DNA of 64,000 nucleotides from Candidatus Heimdallarchaeota archaeon (GCA_019057815.1 JAHLWR010000013.1:53873-117872); one strand, 5' to 3'. Positions 22,501 through 30,081 are shown, numbered from the stretch's first letter. The notes: generated from the sequence alone by a model not told the origin. Numbers and translations are program-made.

Positions 22501-23203
22501 ATGCTGTGTTATTTAGAAATGAGTTATCTACTGCTACAATTTGATAAGTGATTTTTGTATTTGTTTCTTGTTGTGGTATTACCACTTCATATTCTGACTC
22601 TGAAAGACTAGTCATTGATAAGATAGTGTATGAAACGTCATAGTTTTTCCAATATTTTAGTGTAACCAGTTCAACTTCAATATTGTCTGTAACTGTAGCT
22701 TCTATTGTAACACTATCTAAATTTGTTACCAAAAAAGGTGAATGATCGATATTTGTTATCTCTGGTTTAAAACCATCAAAAACTTCGAATGGTCCGAAAT
22801 TATCTGTAATAATACTGTTATTATGGATATCGGTTGCTTCTATTTTGTAATATATTGTTGATCCTAATTCTTGTTTTGGGATATTTGCTGAATAGATATT
22901 ATATTGATGTGTTTTCATTGCCACTGCAGAAGGTGACATATCAACATAATAATGTAAAATGACTATGTCAATTATACTCTCATCAAATACCTCACAAGAA
23001 ATTTTATTCGGCATTTGTGCTTTGAAATATTCATCAGATCTTATTACATTACTTATATCAGGTGAAGTATTATCTATTTCTGCGTTACTCATTTGACCTA
23101 GAAACGGATTATTAATACTTTGGATCATAAATGCTGTAATAATTATTATTCCTATACATAATTGACGATTTTTTTTAGTTTTTATCATTTTCTTTTTCTC
23201 CAT
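13529..23203 (-). CDS. Giant cell-surface protein (3224 aa) with many ~100-aa Ig-like repeats and a C-terminal TM anchor
   Basis: N-terminal signal; recurring D..P.I...(A/V)TVTD...V.L.Y...Y.I.A.D units; C-terminal hydrophobic helix plus RRKVGKK. The true start may be ATG 23188 (ATGA overlap with the subtilase stop). Confidence 0.9.
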   Translation of the reverse strand: MEKKKMIKTKKNRQLCIGIIIITAFMIQSINNPFLGQMSNAEIDNTSPDISNVIRSDEYFKAQMPNKISCEVFDESIIDIVILHYYVDMSPSAVAMKTHQYNIYSANIPKQELGSTIYYKIEATDIHNNSIITDNFGPFEVFDGFKPEITNIDHSPFLVTNLDSVTIEATVTDNIEVELVTLKYWKNYDVSYTILSMTSLSESEYEVVIPQQETNTKITYQIVAVDNSFLNNTAYSTKEEYYVTDGLHPFILVYDIIPTPVPTNSPFTVYIEAFDYDGIASVEIHYWESQTQTWYVDYPTYLIDNYWEYEFNGYPENSNVLLYCVAEDNGPEHHTTTTESYNVIIYDSIKPAISNIVHDTDLSYTPGKRLQINATIEDASEVSTRIVYYTFYNGTHYVKRGTFLDRIPSTDTYIGTIEMHDPRYECNYWIFAEDSSGNEATSENTTITYYDGIAPTITNTYWGPINSAVIDSQTSVIVNCSVVDDNLDTVAIQITAIHINGITIYNQTHNMIPIIGYENYYEYVIQNFTDLTTVIFTIIATDNTTYNGEPLNNTAIFEEQFQVSDTHEPQILYVNCDPIDTSEITRTNITVADINELDRFTVIYGIKVGTQYTWLTETIFYDYGNNQQVWTVTLSYPLDLSSYTGELLAIKITVYDTSGHLTEGTYCFTIRDITPPSVQIVNAPTTVLETEDCIILLEISDNSEIIEAKAGFTINYGAETYITLIDNFNGTYTCIIPENYNYGDALVISFYVTDQFDQQTQLHNILSYAIGDGLGPEIFLDTLEAIDSTVVGYNNLLTIRTRIIDDSVIQSVTLHWITYAHDGISETISGTTTFDIDFYESYNYSVTVSSWDIIHVANIDIWIKATDSNGMITQGDIYTIWVRDTYAPTGYITNLSEDYFDLPNIEYTILANVTDDTALNLESTHIELWSPDETTLIFTSTTYQVIETYSISNKLVEYSVPLSVLETLSQDYYNMGIKIKLIVDDSSEHSSTYDSGFITKTVQDTYVPIVVDDNFDPGDLNPQTTIQVYLPIIYDISIITVTATFSSTTITTQDLITYYDGIKEQYYVDLPEMPALDSFWLSVDYDDGHGNNIIKEYTDTIDDLANPIIHDYSRSGDPLYDNVPILFLATVTDDGYIYEVNLIITINDVNISYTMNYNAETGECDLSLELEKGTYIYYIEAIDGSNPIKITTVEGGTFVVFDNTSPWFVSISDISNVYDKSPLVIDVIANDNNGISKIILDYKINDNPKTPITVTSFTYVTVPEEGYKATFYISEMYFVPSDTITITKITIEDDAETANVIEIEETPPLPSSWIVQDITDPSITDFQPSQSHIFNSGDTISFWCKVLENDINNLNSLDTVVVRYKHGLDSVWIELALGYQEIISTEVVKYGEDISSVGLADGAYDFYFYVLHNGLDDYEGDATTPHTFTISDATPPTITSVSHTPYDNIQDSSGWYDFVITISAIEYETFIENDDVYVYFKIGVSGSWAIYGTVTTIVVDGNTYTITYTLNWETIRSFVKDVPLDDFIYYKIHVEDFTNNFVEITGFGTETEFRFDIDDRYAPQSSVRYLYTSSDIEWISTIMDDTLGYKACFRMDITITDEESYLYGAANIKIYYKYGSLSYLHLETIDLEHETSTSCIETIYIDLDDAAGIGLTEAIYNQYAHPTDKRLQLFFKVEIEDKQLNKETEEYSIYVYDLYDPIHGPYNTYDEEGTTIRTDGNPDHDGRVIIGGETNVLKVTLFDGSDLTSEEFKIELCELDGTVIVFAELNTYLSISKIDPPIYGEFLLKWQIDWAHYLEGIDPSIVQFKFKIYILKDSIWEQIIETDIFYLVHDIVNYDVISGGVAIEGAVSIFAPGDTIEGLVTLSNVLYDINIDIYYRYFENGDNLNDNPQGIDDDDIDYNSDNWLESYTCTPNDGMVTIESFSTNDIIYTGKVVIYLKIQYTWETTFWWNTFETEITSIDNSFLVVTYKGDGVNHPEITLVDVNYEDITDIDWTQKLYVEYDTSYTAELDYILFADYTPDPNNNPDDNTDNNYWCYVKFNLVQDITSITVDYYGYLTIESLTFETVPKKMHVRGYIEVSAEDLYGIFEYDDYDKIVTVTVVLVDSYDNGKVSNAGLENGFTFTSDGVHSTFFRVLDAWTPIFMLFHTGEQISYLPTSFDWNPHVIYRPYEYFAISVRDVPEQGASSRLTVTLKILNLQSGDIVSHELSYTSTYFYQDTYCHKYLTRLYCDEIGSYNSKYYFEVFDRVNYAWYGLVGGYANQMSYEPINTANMLELDINDVIDTNPVSVKHTITDTSIALSSTSYAQLTLRYVIDVGEINPTIKTTWDGSTDNTLFIIGHYYWTGDPTTGYDFEIGTTVLDVSVTRTNYQGLPTYEGRDYYIQLKFPTDIVWDRPSTLCDIEYHIDIKYVDNSLGIDCDWINIYSGIPAWPTIHFNDDVAPLIDAILITPSYPNHPTPSGTTTVLFRVFEASAFGDAYVSITIYNVDKGASRTNPITDSRFTFSKNSLGLNSKSYSFNFVINDFIFNCLEGQEIIITISVTADGDTGASDESFILGDSTPPVCIGLYESTHPSTNLLLDTDLQFTDESDSLTFYVYIYDADSPWDSIIFCQISFWFSLYDIDANYRSISSYAGEEIDDNTVKFTFHFTAAMRVMYGLPIGSTDKGIVDVRSGAWAGAIVDYIKIKYTRDHDVYYNEFSYSVITLAETEFGESNIDMGLSTFGPQNIDPTTTNIFDLYYTLYSPPYNIWGDWDYATEPWPHYVFLQYSYDGGTTWIDVASIYTSNSISDSTTLWHIQYSLSYSGGYLPETYRYSICTATIAGGDTYETDAFALQWTDTESPVFHEVTEMYGDPVPYDAGQLLQVKVSDNWYIYQVKVQYYTFLQGSPTSPISLWMNYFSGSRYYDSWSTWRQELPENLHATVNYRFIVYDPIISNAITTDWYDYWVTPYDPGGGPFDPLVSCSMVMEEGTHTQDSSPLNIPYTIQELKNDHNLLQYALTLHDVSGYGTITLTLQDQGTEYYYPMRYTNNAGKVFWQAIISLDKLVTETYNIDMLWHSYFGFTKSFVKDYHYGFNDLNITDTISPLQPIISYNTENNLTRINITTQGKVLETKILYKYQNDKVWQSISFFKKNDISLSLQTVEEIEMYIETYIDSISRYHLQSEKITLYPNITATQLNHDHLTQTNYTLIIMSSLTSIIAIPLIIFRRKVGKKVLRFLEKVKIK

Positions 23204-25836
23204 TTTTTAATAATGAAATTATAAACAATACATCCCCCTAGAAGAGTAATAATAAATTCAAGGAAAGCGATAGGCGAATTTAAAGGTGTAGTAGTGGTTG
23301 TTATCGGTGTTGTCAATACAGATGTCGATGTAGTTGTCTCTTCATTTCCTCCTAATTTGAAAAATGTGACAGAAACTACACTTGTTCTATTGAAAAAATC
23401 CTTTATTTCTATAATTAAGGTGTGTTCTCCTTCCGTAAGATCTGAATAATCAATCCACCAACTTTTACTAACATTAAATGGATAACTATTATCATATTCT
23501 TCAATACTAATTATAATACTATCAATGGACATCTTTACAGAAAAGGAGGTTATTTCAAAAATTTCAACAGAAATTTCTGTATCATAAGTGATATGGGTGT
23601 CATTATTTATTCCTTCGAATACAACTTGTGGTAGTGTTAAATCGACGTAAAAAGGTTCAGTTTTTGTCTCATGGTAATTACTGTTTGATACTTCATACAC
23701 AAGAAAATGTTTTCCTTCTGTAACATCGTTCATGTAGAATGTATTATTGCTAAAAGATATTTCTTCTCCATCTATGCTAACATTTCCTACAGTTGAATAT
23801 TCGTTAGGATAGATATTCCCTGTGACTTCAGTAGTATTATAATAATTTTTGCTGTATGGAAAGACAACTGTTGCATCAGCGTCAACGATATATGTAAATT
23901 CAAGATGAACTTGTAACGTTTCTTTTTGTGAGGGGCTGATAGTAATATAATAAGTTGTATTAGGACCATCAACAAAGAAAACACCACTAACGCAAATATC
24001 CGCGACCCCCCAACTATTTACAGGGTTACCATATCTATCACTTTTTATTATGAATCTAATATTAACCAATTCTGAACTATTAATAAATAACCTAAATTTT
24101 GTATCTTGTAGATTGGGTGTATGTAGCCTATATACAAGGTTACGTGGTAAAGAATCATTTGTATAACTTAATTCAACATCAGAACTATAAACTGTGAAAG
24201 GATCGATGGCATAAGTATCCACGTAAGTTGATTCAACGTAAGTTCCCCATCCTTCTATTCGATCTTTATACCATATCCCCTCTTCAGGAGTTTGGGATAT
24301 ATAATCATTATCTCCATTAAAATCGTTGGAAAAAGATTGTACAGTTGATTGAAGAATTTGAAATTTAGTGTCCAATACCTCTTGTAAAGTATATGACCAC
24401 TCTTTATTACAGATTTGGTTATAAACGGCTCCAGTAATAAAAGCTGTTGAAAAACTTGTTCCTTCTCTGTTGATAAACATGTTATTTGTATTTGCTTGTG
24501 CTAAAATCAGTGGTCTAAAATCGTTTGCTATTTCACCACCTGGAGCTAGAACATCCGGTTTCATCTCACGTAAGGGGCAGTCACATCCATGACTACTGTA
24601 ATAAGCAACACCAAATTGACTATTTACACTCCCTACAGTTATAGCATATTCACTTGTCCCTGGACTATTAACTGTTCCACTTGTCCCACCATTTCCTGCA
24701 GCAATAACAACCACAATACCTTCTTCAGCTAACCTATTGATAGCATCATCCACTAACTCAATAGATTCATCAAATCCTACTGAAAGATTAACGATTTTGA
24801 TATTATATTCCTCTTTAATCGTAAGCAGATAATCTAAAGCTTCTAACAGTGTGGTGGTATTCCCAAATCCGTAATCGTCTATTGCTTTGAGTACAACTAG
24901 ACGTGCATTAGGTATGAGTCCTTTAAATTTCGCTAAACTCTCAAATTGTACTTCTCCTTGTACAGTTGTCTTCCCACTGCCCCCATAATTTGCAACAAAA
25001 CAGACAATATTTTTGTAATCGTGATAACTAAATTGCCACGTAAAAGAACCATTGTCATATTTAACTGATTCTTGGACAATCTGTTCTGAACTCAAATCAT
25101 ATAATCCAACACTTATCAGATTACTATCATCCCATGATACAGTTATTGCTCCTTTTTCATTGAATGTCCCTTCAATATAGCTGATAAATTTTAGACTTCC
25201 TTCATAAATTTCCTTTTCAAAAGACACTGAACCATTACTAACTGAATTACCTGCAATGATAGAACCAACTGCTGAACCATGACCATTATAATCTGTAGGT
25301 TGAAGATATTCATCATTTGGTTCTGTTAAATTCTCTCCAACAAAATCTTTCCAGTGAAGAATAGTTGTATTCTGATAACATTCCAGTGTTGGATCTATTC
25401 CTGTGTCTATTATTGCTATTGTCGTATTTGGATCTGAAAGGTACTGTTCATTTTCTTTTAGGAAGAATCCCAATTGATATTTAGCTGATAATAGTAATGG
25501 TTTGAGATAGGTATTTTTCACTGGAAAAAAGATTCTTTCCTTGTAAAATTGATAATTTTCTGCAAAAGTTTTCTCATCAGTTATTTCGCATTCAGTAACT
25601 CCTAGCTTTTCATAGGTTTTTCTAACTGTCGCTCCTTCTGGAATTTCTTGTCCTGTGGTGAAAAAGATGTTACCGAAGTCCTTTTGATGTACTCTTGAAA
25701 TATTCTCTTTGAGTAGAAAAGAATTACAACACCATGCTGAATTCAAAGCTATTATAAGTAATAAAACACTAATCTGAATGCTTTTCTTTTTATTATTAAA
25801 CAATTTTTTTCCTTTTTTCAAAACCTTCATATCCAT
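23185..25836 (-). CDS. Membrane-anchored S8 (subtilisin-like) serine peptidase
   Basis: Catalytic motifs IIDTGID, NGHGSAVGS, AAGNGG (oxyanion Asn), GTSFST; signal peptide; Thr-rich linker, TM helix and KKWRKRK tail. Confidence 0.93.
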   Translation of the reverse strand: MDMKVLKKGKKLFNNKKKSIQISVLLLIIALNSAWCCNSFLLKENISRVHQKDFGNIFFTTGQEIPEGATVRKTYEKLGVTECEITDEKTFAENYQFYKERIFFPVKNTYLKPLLLSAKYQLGFFLKENEQYLSDPNTTIAIIDTGIDPTLECYQNTTILHWKDFVGENLTEPNDEYLQPTDYNGHGSAVGSIIAGNSVSNGSVSFEKEIYEGSLKFISYIEGTFNEKGAITVSWDDSNLISVGLYDLSSEQIVQESVKYDNGSFTWQFSYHDYKNIVCFVANYGGSGKTTVQGEVQFESLAKFKGLIPNARLVVLKAIDDYGFGNTTTLLEALDYLLTIKEEYNIKIVNLSVGFDESIELVDDAINRLAEEGIVVVIAAGNGGTSGTVNSPGTSEYAITVGSVNSQFGVAYYSSHGCDCPLREMKPDVLAPGGEIANDFRPLILAQANTNNMFINREGTSFSTAFITGAVYNQICNKEWSYTLQEVLDTKFQILQSTVQSFSNDFNGDNDYISQTPEEGIWYKDRIEGWGTYVESTYVDTYAIDPFTVYSSDVELSYTNDSLPRNLVYRLHTPNLQDTKFRLFINSSELVNIRFIIKSDRYGNPVNSWGVADICVSGVFFVDGPNTTYYITISPSQKETLQVHLEFTYIVDADATVVFPYSKNYYNTTEVTGNIYPNEYSTVGNVSIDGEEISFSNNTFYMNDVTEGKHFLVYEVSNSNYHETKTEPFYVDLTLPQVVFEGINNDTHITYDTEISVEIFEITSFSVKMSIDSIIISIEEYDNSYPFNVSKSWWIDYSDLTEGEHTLIIEIKDFFNRTSVVSVTFFKLGGNEETTTSTSVLTTPITTTTTPLNSPIAFLEFIITLLGGCIVYNFIIKKWRKRK

Positions 25837-25878
25837 TTTTTAACCTCTTATTACGATTATTTTCATTCATTGTTCATT

Positions 25879-26487
25879 TCACATTCTGTTTAATGACAAA
25901 TATTGTTCTTCCTCACTTTTTATTGATCGTTCAATAAAAGAAAAAGAAGACTCATTAGCATACTCTTTATCTTTATTCAAATATAACTGAAAATTTAGGG
26001 AGAACGAAGGAAGGTTTTTATTTTCTAAAACCCTATCTATTACACCAAACCCTACTTCCTTGCATTCTTTTCCCTTTTCAAGTCGTATGTAGCTATTGGG
26101 GGGATAGTGGGAATAGAAGAAATTGTAAAGAAGAAAGGTTCCGTTAATACCACATTCTTGCTCTTCCCAGATATATACAGGTTGTGAGAACTGTGTAGGC
26201 TTAAAATTCTCAAAAAAGTAAAGTTGAAAATGTGTACTAAAATAATTGTAAAAGTAGCCATCAAACTGTTTTGAAACAATTTTGTTTTGAGTTTTCATTG
26301 TTGTCATACTTCTTTGTTTGTAGGAAGATAGTTTGACGGAACCTTCGTAATAATTACTAGTTGAATAAAAAGTTTCATATTTAAAGGAGGTAAATTTTTT
26401 TTCTTCCAAAAAACCCTCAATATTTGTGTAAAAACTCTCTAAAAACATATTATCACTCCCCTTTGGTGGAAACTTCAGTAGTTTCAA
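25879..26487 (-). CDS. Hypothetical protein (probable start ATG 26448)
   Basis: ORF lies in the operon; GGGGAG RBS precedes MFLESF just after the ParA stop. Confidence 0.7.
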   Translation of the reverse strand: MKLLKFPPKGSDNMFLESFYTNIEGFLEEKKFTSFKYETFYSTSNYYEGSVKLSSYKQRSMTTMKTQNKIVSKQFDGYFYNYFSTHFQLYFFENFKPTQFSQPVYIWEEQECGINGTFLLYNFFYSHYPPNSYIRLEKGKECKEVGFGVIDRVLENKNLPSFSLNFQLYLNKDKEYANESSFSFIERSIKSEEEQYLSLNRM

Positions 26488-27400
26488 GATTTATTCTTTT
26501 TTGAGAACCTGAAATTATCTCATCTTGTTTCAATAGATCAATATTTTGTATAACAGTGTCAACCATACACGATAATTGATTGTGTAAAGGATGACTTCGG
26601 GGGAAGAAATACTCTCCCCAGATACAATTCTCAATAATTTCATTAGAGATATTGAAGAAACCGAGAAAAATGTTATCTGTACCAGTTTTATTCTCAATTT
26701 CTTCTTTCCATTCTTTTAAGAGTCTCAAGCTCTTATCTTTAAGTTCTGGGGGTATTTGGTTGAAGATGAAGAAATTCAGAGATTGATAAGAGAGTTTCTT
26801 GTAGATGTCTTGAAGCATTTCTTTAGCTCCTTCAAAACTAAATGTTGAAGGTCTTAGAACAAATATTCTTGCGTCAGCTACTGTCGCAGCGTGGATAGAT
26901 TCTATCCTATAACCCGGGGCGCAATCTAGAATAACGTATTGATAACCAAAATTCTGAAGAGTTTTCATCATCTCGTGAAGGATGAAATGAGAATGGTCGT
27001 GGATACTTTTTAGCAAAGAAAGTAATCCTTCGCCATAGTCTATTTTTTCTTGAGCAACAATAACAGAAAGGTTAGTAACAGAAGTAGAAGAGATGTTGTT
27101 TTCAGAAACAACATTATTCCCTAAGAGAATGTCATTAATAGTGATTTTAATGTCTTTAATATTGAAAATATGTTGTAAAGTAGGTTGAGATACATCAAGA
27201 TCAATAATAACAGTTTTCTTACCTCTCCTTGCAAGTTCATTAGCGAGATTACAGGAAAGAGTAGTCTTACCAGGACCGCCTTTCTGACTATGAAGCATAA
27301 TAACATCTATTCGATTAGATGGTAAATCTTCTAAATCTTTGAGAGTTGTAAGCGATATCTGACTATTGTTTTTTGTTTCTGTCATTATTATCCCCTTCAA
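26453..27400 (-). CDS. MinD/ParA-family ATPase
   Basis: Deviant Walker A QKGGPGKTT, IIDLD, Walker B ILDCAPG; probable start ATG 27385. Confidence 0.93.
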   Translation of the reverse strand: MKGIIMTETKNNSQISLTTLKDLEDLPSNRIDVIMLHSQKGGPGKTTLSCNLANELARRGKKTVIIDLDVSQPTLQHIFNIKDIKITINDILLGNNVVSENNISSTSVTNLSVIVAQEKIDYGEGLLSLLKSIHDHSHFILHEMMKTLQNFGYQYVILDCAPGYRIESIHAATVADARIFVLRPSTFSFEGAKEMLQDIYKKLSYQSLNFFIFNQIPPELKDKSLRLLKEWKEEIENKTGTDNIFLGFFNISNEIIENCIWGEYFFPRSHPLHNQLSCMVDTVIQNIDLLKQDEIISGSQKRINLETTEVSTKGE

Positions 27401-27853
27401 GTTAAACTGAAGAATTGTAGCAACATGTCTTAAGGCATTGAGGAAAAAGAAGAGTAGAAAAAATTAGTTTCCGTCACTCTATCTTCCTCTCTACTCTTCC
27501 TCACATGGTAAGTTCCGATGCGAGCATGATTAACTGTATTTGAAGACTCAATCATCATTTTTATCAGCATAACAATGTAAAGCTCAATATAGTGTGATAT
27601 TGTCACAACATTTATAAGTCTTGTGTCTCATTATTACATCAATGGTGTATTTATTGGGTGAAACTATGTGATATAAGGTAAGTAGAAAAAAAAATAATAT
27701 TGAGTACAATACTATTCTAGATTTTACAAATAAAAATGAAACACTCTCATAGTTGTAAAGTAAGATGTTACAAGAAAAGTAATATACTTAAAATACAAGT
27801 TGGATTGTAGAAATATCATAAACAGCTTGTAACAACTGATTTCAAATAAGTGT

Positions 27854-29071
27854 GTGAACATGGATTACTCGGAATTTCTTGGAAGGAGGATCATCAATAT
27901 ATTATGTAATTATCCCACCGATTCTTTCAGGAATTTGGCTAAAAAGATTGATATGAGTACTAACAAGTTCATACGTATTTTTAACTCCTTAGTTAAAAAG
28001 AATATAATAAGAAAAGTAACAGCGGGTTACACACCTGAACTTCTTTCATTAACGCGATATCACGTAATTATTAATGTAATCAATTTGAATCAGTTTCATA
28101 AACTTCAAACAGCTTTCCGACAACACCCCTACACCCGGCAATACAATCACTTTTTTGGTGAACATTTCGGATGTTATGCAATATTTGATATCCCAAAGAA
28201 AGGGTATAATATAATCAAGAAATTTCTGGATTTTTTAGTTGATTCCGATTTTTGTGAAAATTATTTAATATATGAATCAAAGGGTTATAGATGTGAAACT
28301 CTTGAATATTTTTTCATATCAGATATAACAATACGCAATTTTGATATTACAAGCTTCTTCAATAAGCATTTAGATAAGTCTGATAAATTATCTTCATTAC
28401 CTGAACCATTAGGTTTAGACACCGTTACTCCACTACAATTGGTGTTGTTGCGTGATTTAGGTCGAAATATTCGAGTTTCTCAGATTAATTTAATTAAGAA
28501 TTATCGAAGTTTTGTAGAAACTCCACCAAACGTAGAAAACGATGATTATATTCCTCCTTCTTTTTTAGTTTATTTAGAAAGTTACTTTGCAAATAGAACA
28601 GACGATGCTATAAAAGTGGGTTTTAACCGTCAGTACAATTTTGTGAAAAAGAATCTAATTTATGCACCTCGATTGATTTTTGATAGAAAATATTACGATC
28701 TATATGTTTATAGATCATTTTTCATTGAAAATCTTTCAGATAAAAAAAGTGCACAATTTTTTAACTTAGTAAAAGAAGAAGATCCACCTCTTAAAATGAC
28801 AGTTGAGGTTCTTGAAAAGGGGATTGTTCTGAACTTCAAAATGCCACCTTTTTTTGATTCTAAGTTTAATTATCTTATCTGGTCCTTCTTTCCAGATTAC
28901 AAGATGTACACATTAGATTATTTTGGTAGAAGCGGAATATATTATCAGTTTTACATCGATAATTTTAATCCATATACGTCTAGTTGGAGGGTAGATGAAG
29001 ATTGGATGTTTAACAATGTTGTAGAAAATATAAAAGAAAAATTGGAAGAGAGCAATAACAGTCTTGTATAA
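27854..29071 (+). CDS. Double Lrp/AsnC-like (wHTH + ferredoxin-like RAM, twice) putative regulator, paralog 1
   Basis: N-terminal HTH (SFRNLAKKIDMS...LVKKNII), HPYTR..FFGE.FG.YA.F.IP, second HTH-like segment (TPLQLVLLRDL), C-terminal WRVDEDWMFNNVV. Confidence 0.75.
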   Translation: MNMDYSEFLGRRIINILCNYPTDSFRNLAKKIDMSTNKFIRIFNSLVKKNIIRKVTAGYTPELLSLTRYHVIINVINLNQFHKLQTAFRQHPYTRQYNHFFGEHFGCYAIFDIPKKGYNIIKKFLDFLVDSDFCENYLIYESKGYRCETLEYFFISDITIRNFDITSFFNKHLDKSDKLSSLPEPLGLDTVTPLQLVLLRDLGRNIRVSQINLIKNYRSFVETPPNVENDDYIPPSFLVYLESYFANRTDDAIKVGFNRQYNFVKKNLIYAPRLIFDRKYYDLYVYRSFFIENLSDKKSAQFFNLVKEEDPPLKMTVEVLEKGIVLNFKMPPFFDSKFNYLIWSFFPDYKMYTLDYFGRSGIYYQFYIDNFNPYTSSWRVDEDWMFNNVVENIKEKLEESNNSLV

Positions 29072-29261
29072 ATAATGATACATTTTTTTATTTCTCAAAT
29101 ATTGAATTTTCCTGAAATATTTTTCTATGGTATGAAATGATCCGTTTCATTTTTGCCGGTACCGACAATAATCATTTTTACCAAAAAGTTAATAATTGGG
29201 GAAGAAATGATTTTCTTAGTGATGATTTTTCATTCACTAAAAAACTAAGTAAAAATGAAGA

Positions 29262-29735
29262 GTGAATAAAATGAAAAATAGAAACATATTCTTGGCATTG
29301 GGATTTTTATTGGGTGTTATAATAATAGGAAATTCTGTAGCACAGGCAAATAGTTATGTGTTAGGGGTTAAAATAACAACAGCGTTTTATACAGACCTTG
29401 ATAACGATGGTTTTGAAGACGACATTTATGCAGAAGCATATTTAGCTTTTGATGATGTTGTGAAAGCCCGTATTTTGCTGATATATACGTTAACCTTACC
29501 TTCTGGCTACACATATCGAGATTATTACTATCACAAAATTACATCAGAGTTCATAACATATGAATTCCGCATCTATGAAGGTGCATTTGAGAGTGGAGAT
29601 TATATCTTCGATTTAGTATGTATCGTTCACAGTAATGGTGAGTTTCAAGTATATCAAGATACTTTGGTATTTGATCCTCCAGGTGGTGGTGCTGATGATG
29701 AACCACCGCATAGTATAGTTACTGTAGGACCATAA
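29262..29735 (+). CDS. Small secreted protein with a DxDxDG Ca-binding-like loop (probable start ATG 29271)
   Basis: Signal peptide ending AQA; DLDNDGFEDD; beta-rich; FDPPGGG near the C-terminus. Confidence 0.8.
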   Translation: MNKMKNRNIFLALGFLLGVIIIGNSVAQANSYVLGVKITTAFYTDLDNDGFEDDIYAEAYLAFDDVVKARILLIYTLTLPSGYTYRDYYYHKITSEFITYEFRIYEGAFESGDYIFDLVCIVHSNGEFQVYQDTLVFDPPGGGADDEPPHSIVTVGP

Positions 29736-29753
29736 CAAACGTCTGCTCTCATC

Positions 29754-30050
29754 ACGATTAGACAGAATCGTCTAATGAACACCCACAAAAAAGCAAATTA
29801 CCTCTAGGAGTATCGGGGGAAAAATATCCCTAGAGGGAATCTTGCTTCATCAAATAATGTTAATCAGAATCGTCTGATTAACACCCATCTAGGAGGAATC
29901 CAAGAGGTATTATGGGGTTATACTTTAGGATTTCTTTTGAAAATATAACGATTAGACAGAATCGTCTAATGAACACCCACCCAAGAAAGCGTTAGGGAAG
30001 CCCTCAGAGCAACATATGGAGGTTTCCCTAATGTCTAATAGGTGTTTGTT
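29754..30050 (+). repeat. Three-unit interspaced repeat array, putative structured ncRNA
   Basis: ACGATTAGACAGAATCGTCTAATGAACACCCAC is identical at 29754-29786 and 29948-29980, with a variant at 29856-29888. Each copy is followed by a sequence-unrelated long hairpin. Confidence 0.85.
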
Positions 30051-30081
30051 CGAAAAATTAAATATCTAAAAGGGGAAAAAA

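Larger units (their letters stand above)
1..27400 (-). mobile_element. Aloposon-like giant-protein cargo region (boundaries not determined)
   Basis: Tandem 3000-6000 aa genes preceded by a short gene run that includes a MinD/ParA ATPase is the described hallmark of Heimdallarchaeum aloposons. No integrase or tRNA attachment site is visible in this window. Confidence 0.6.

Noticed and set aside
29754-29980. CRISPR array call for the 33-nt repeats
   Set aside because: Only three repeats; spacers of 69 and 59 nt are long and self-complementary; no cas genes in the window. Kept as a non-CRISPR array.
29775-29995. Micro-ORFs starting inside repeats 1 and 3 (MNTHKKANYL, MNTHPRKR); also SECIS, H/ACA or hammerhead interpretations
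   Set aside because: Repeat 2 has ATT instead of ATG; no in-frame TGA selenoprotein upstream; the required core motifs are not correctly placed.
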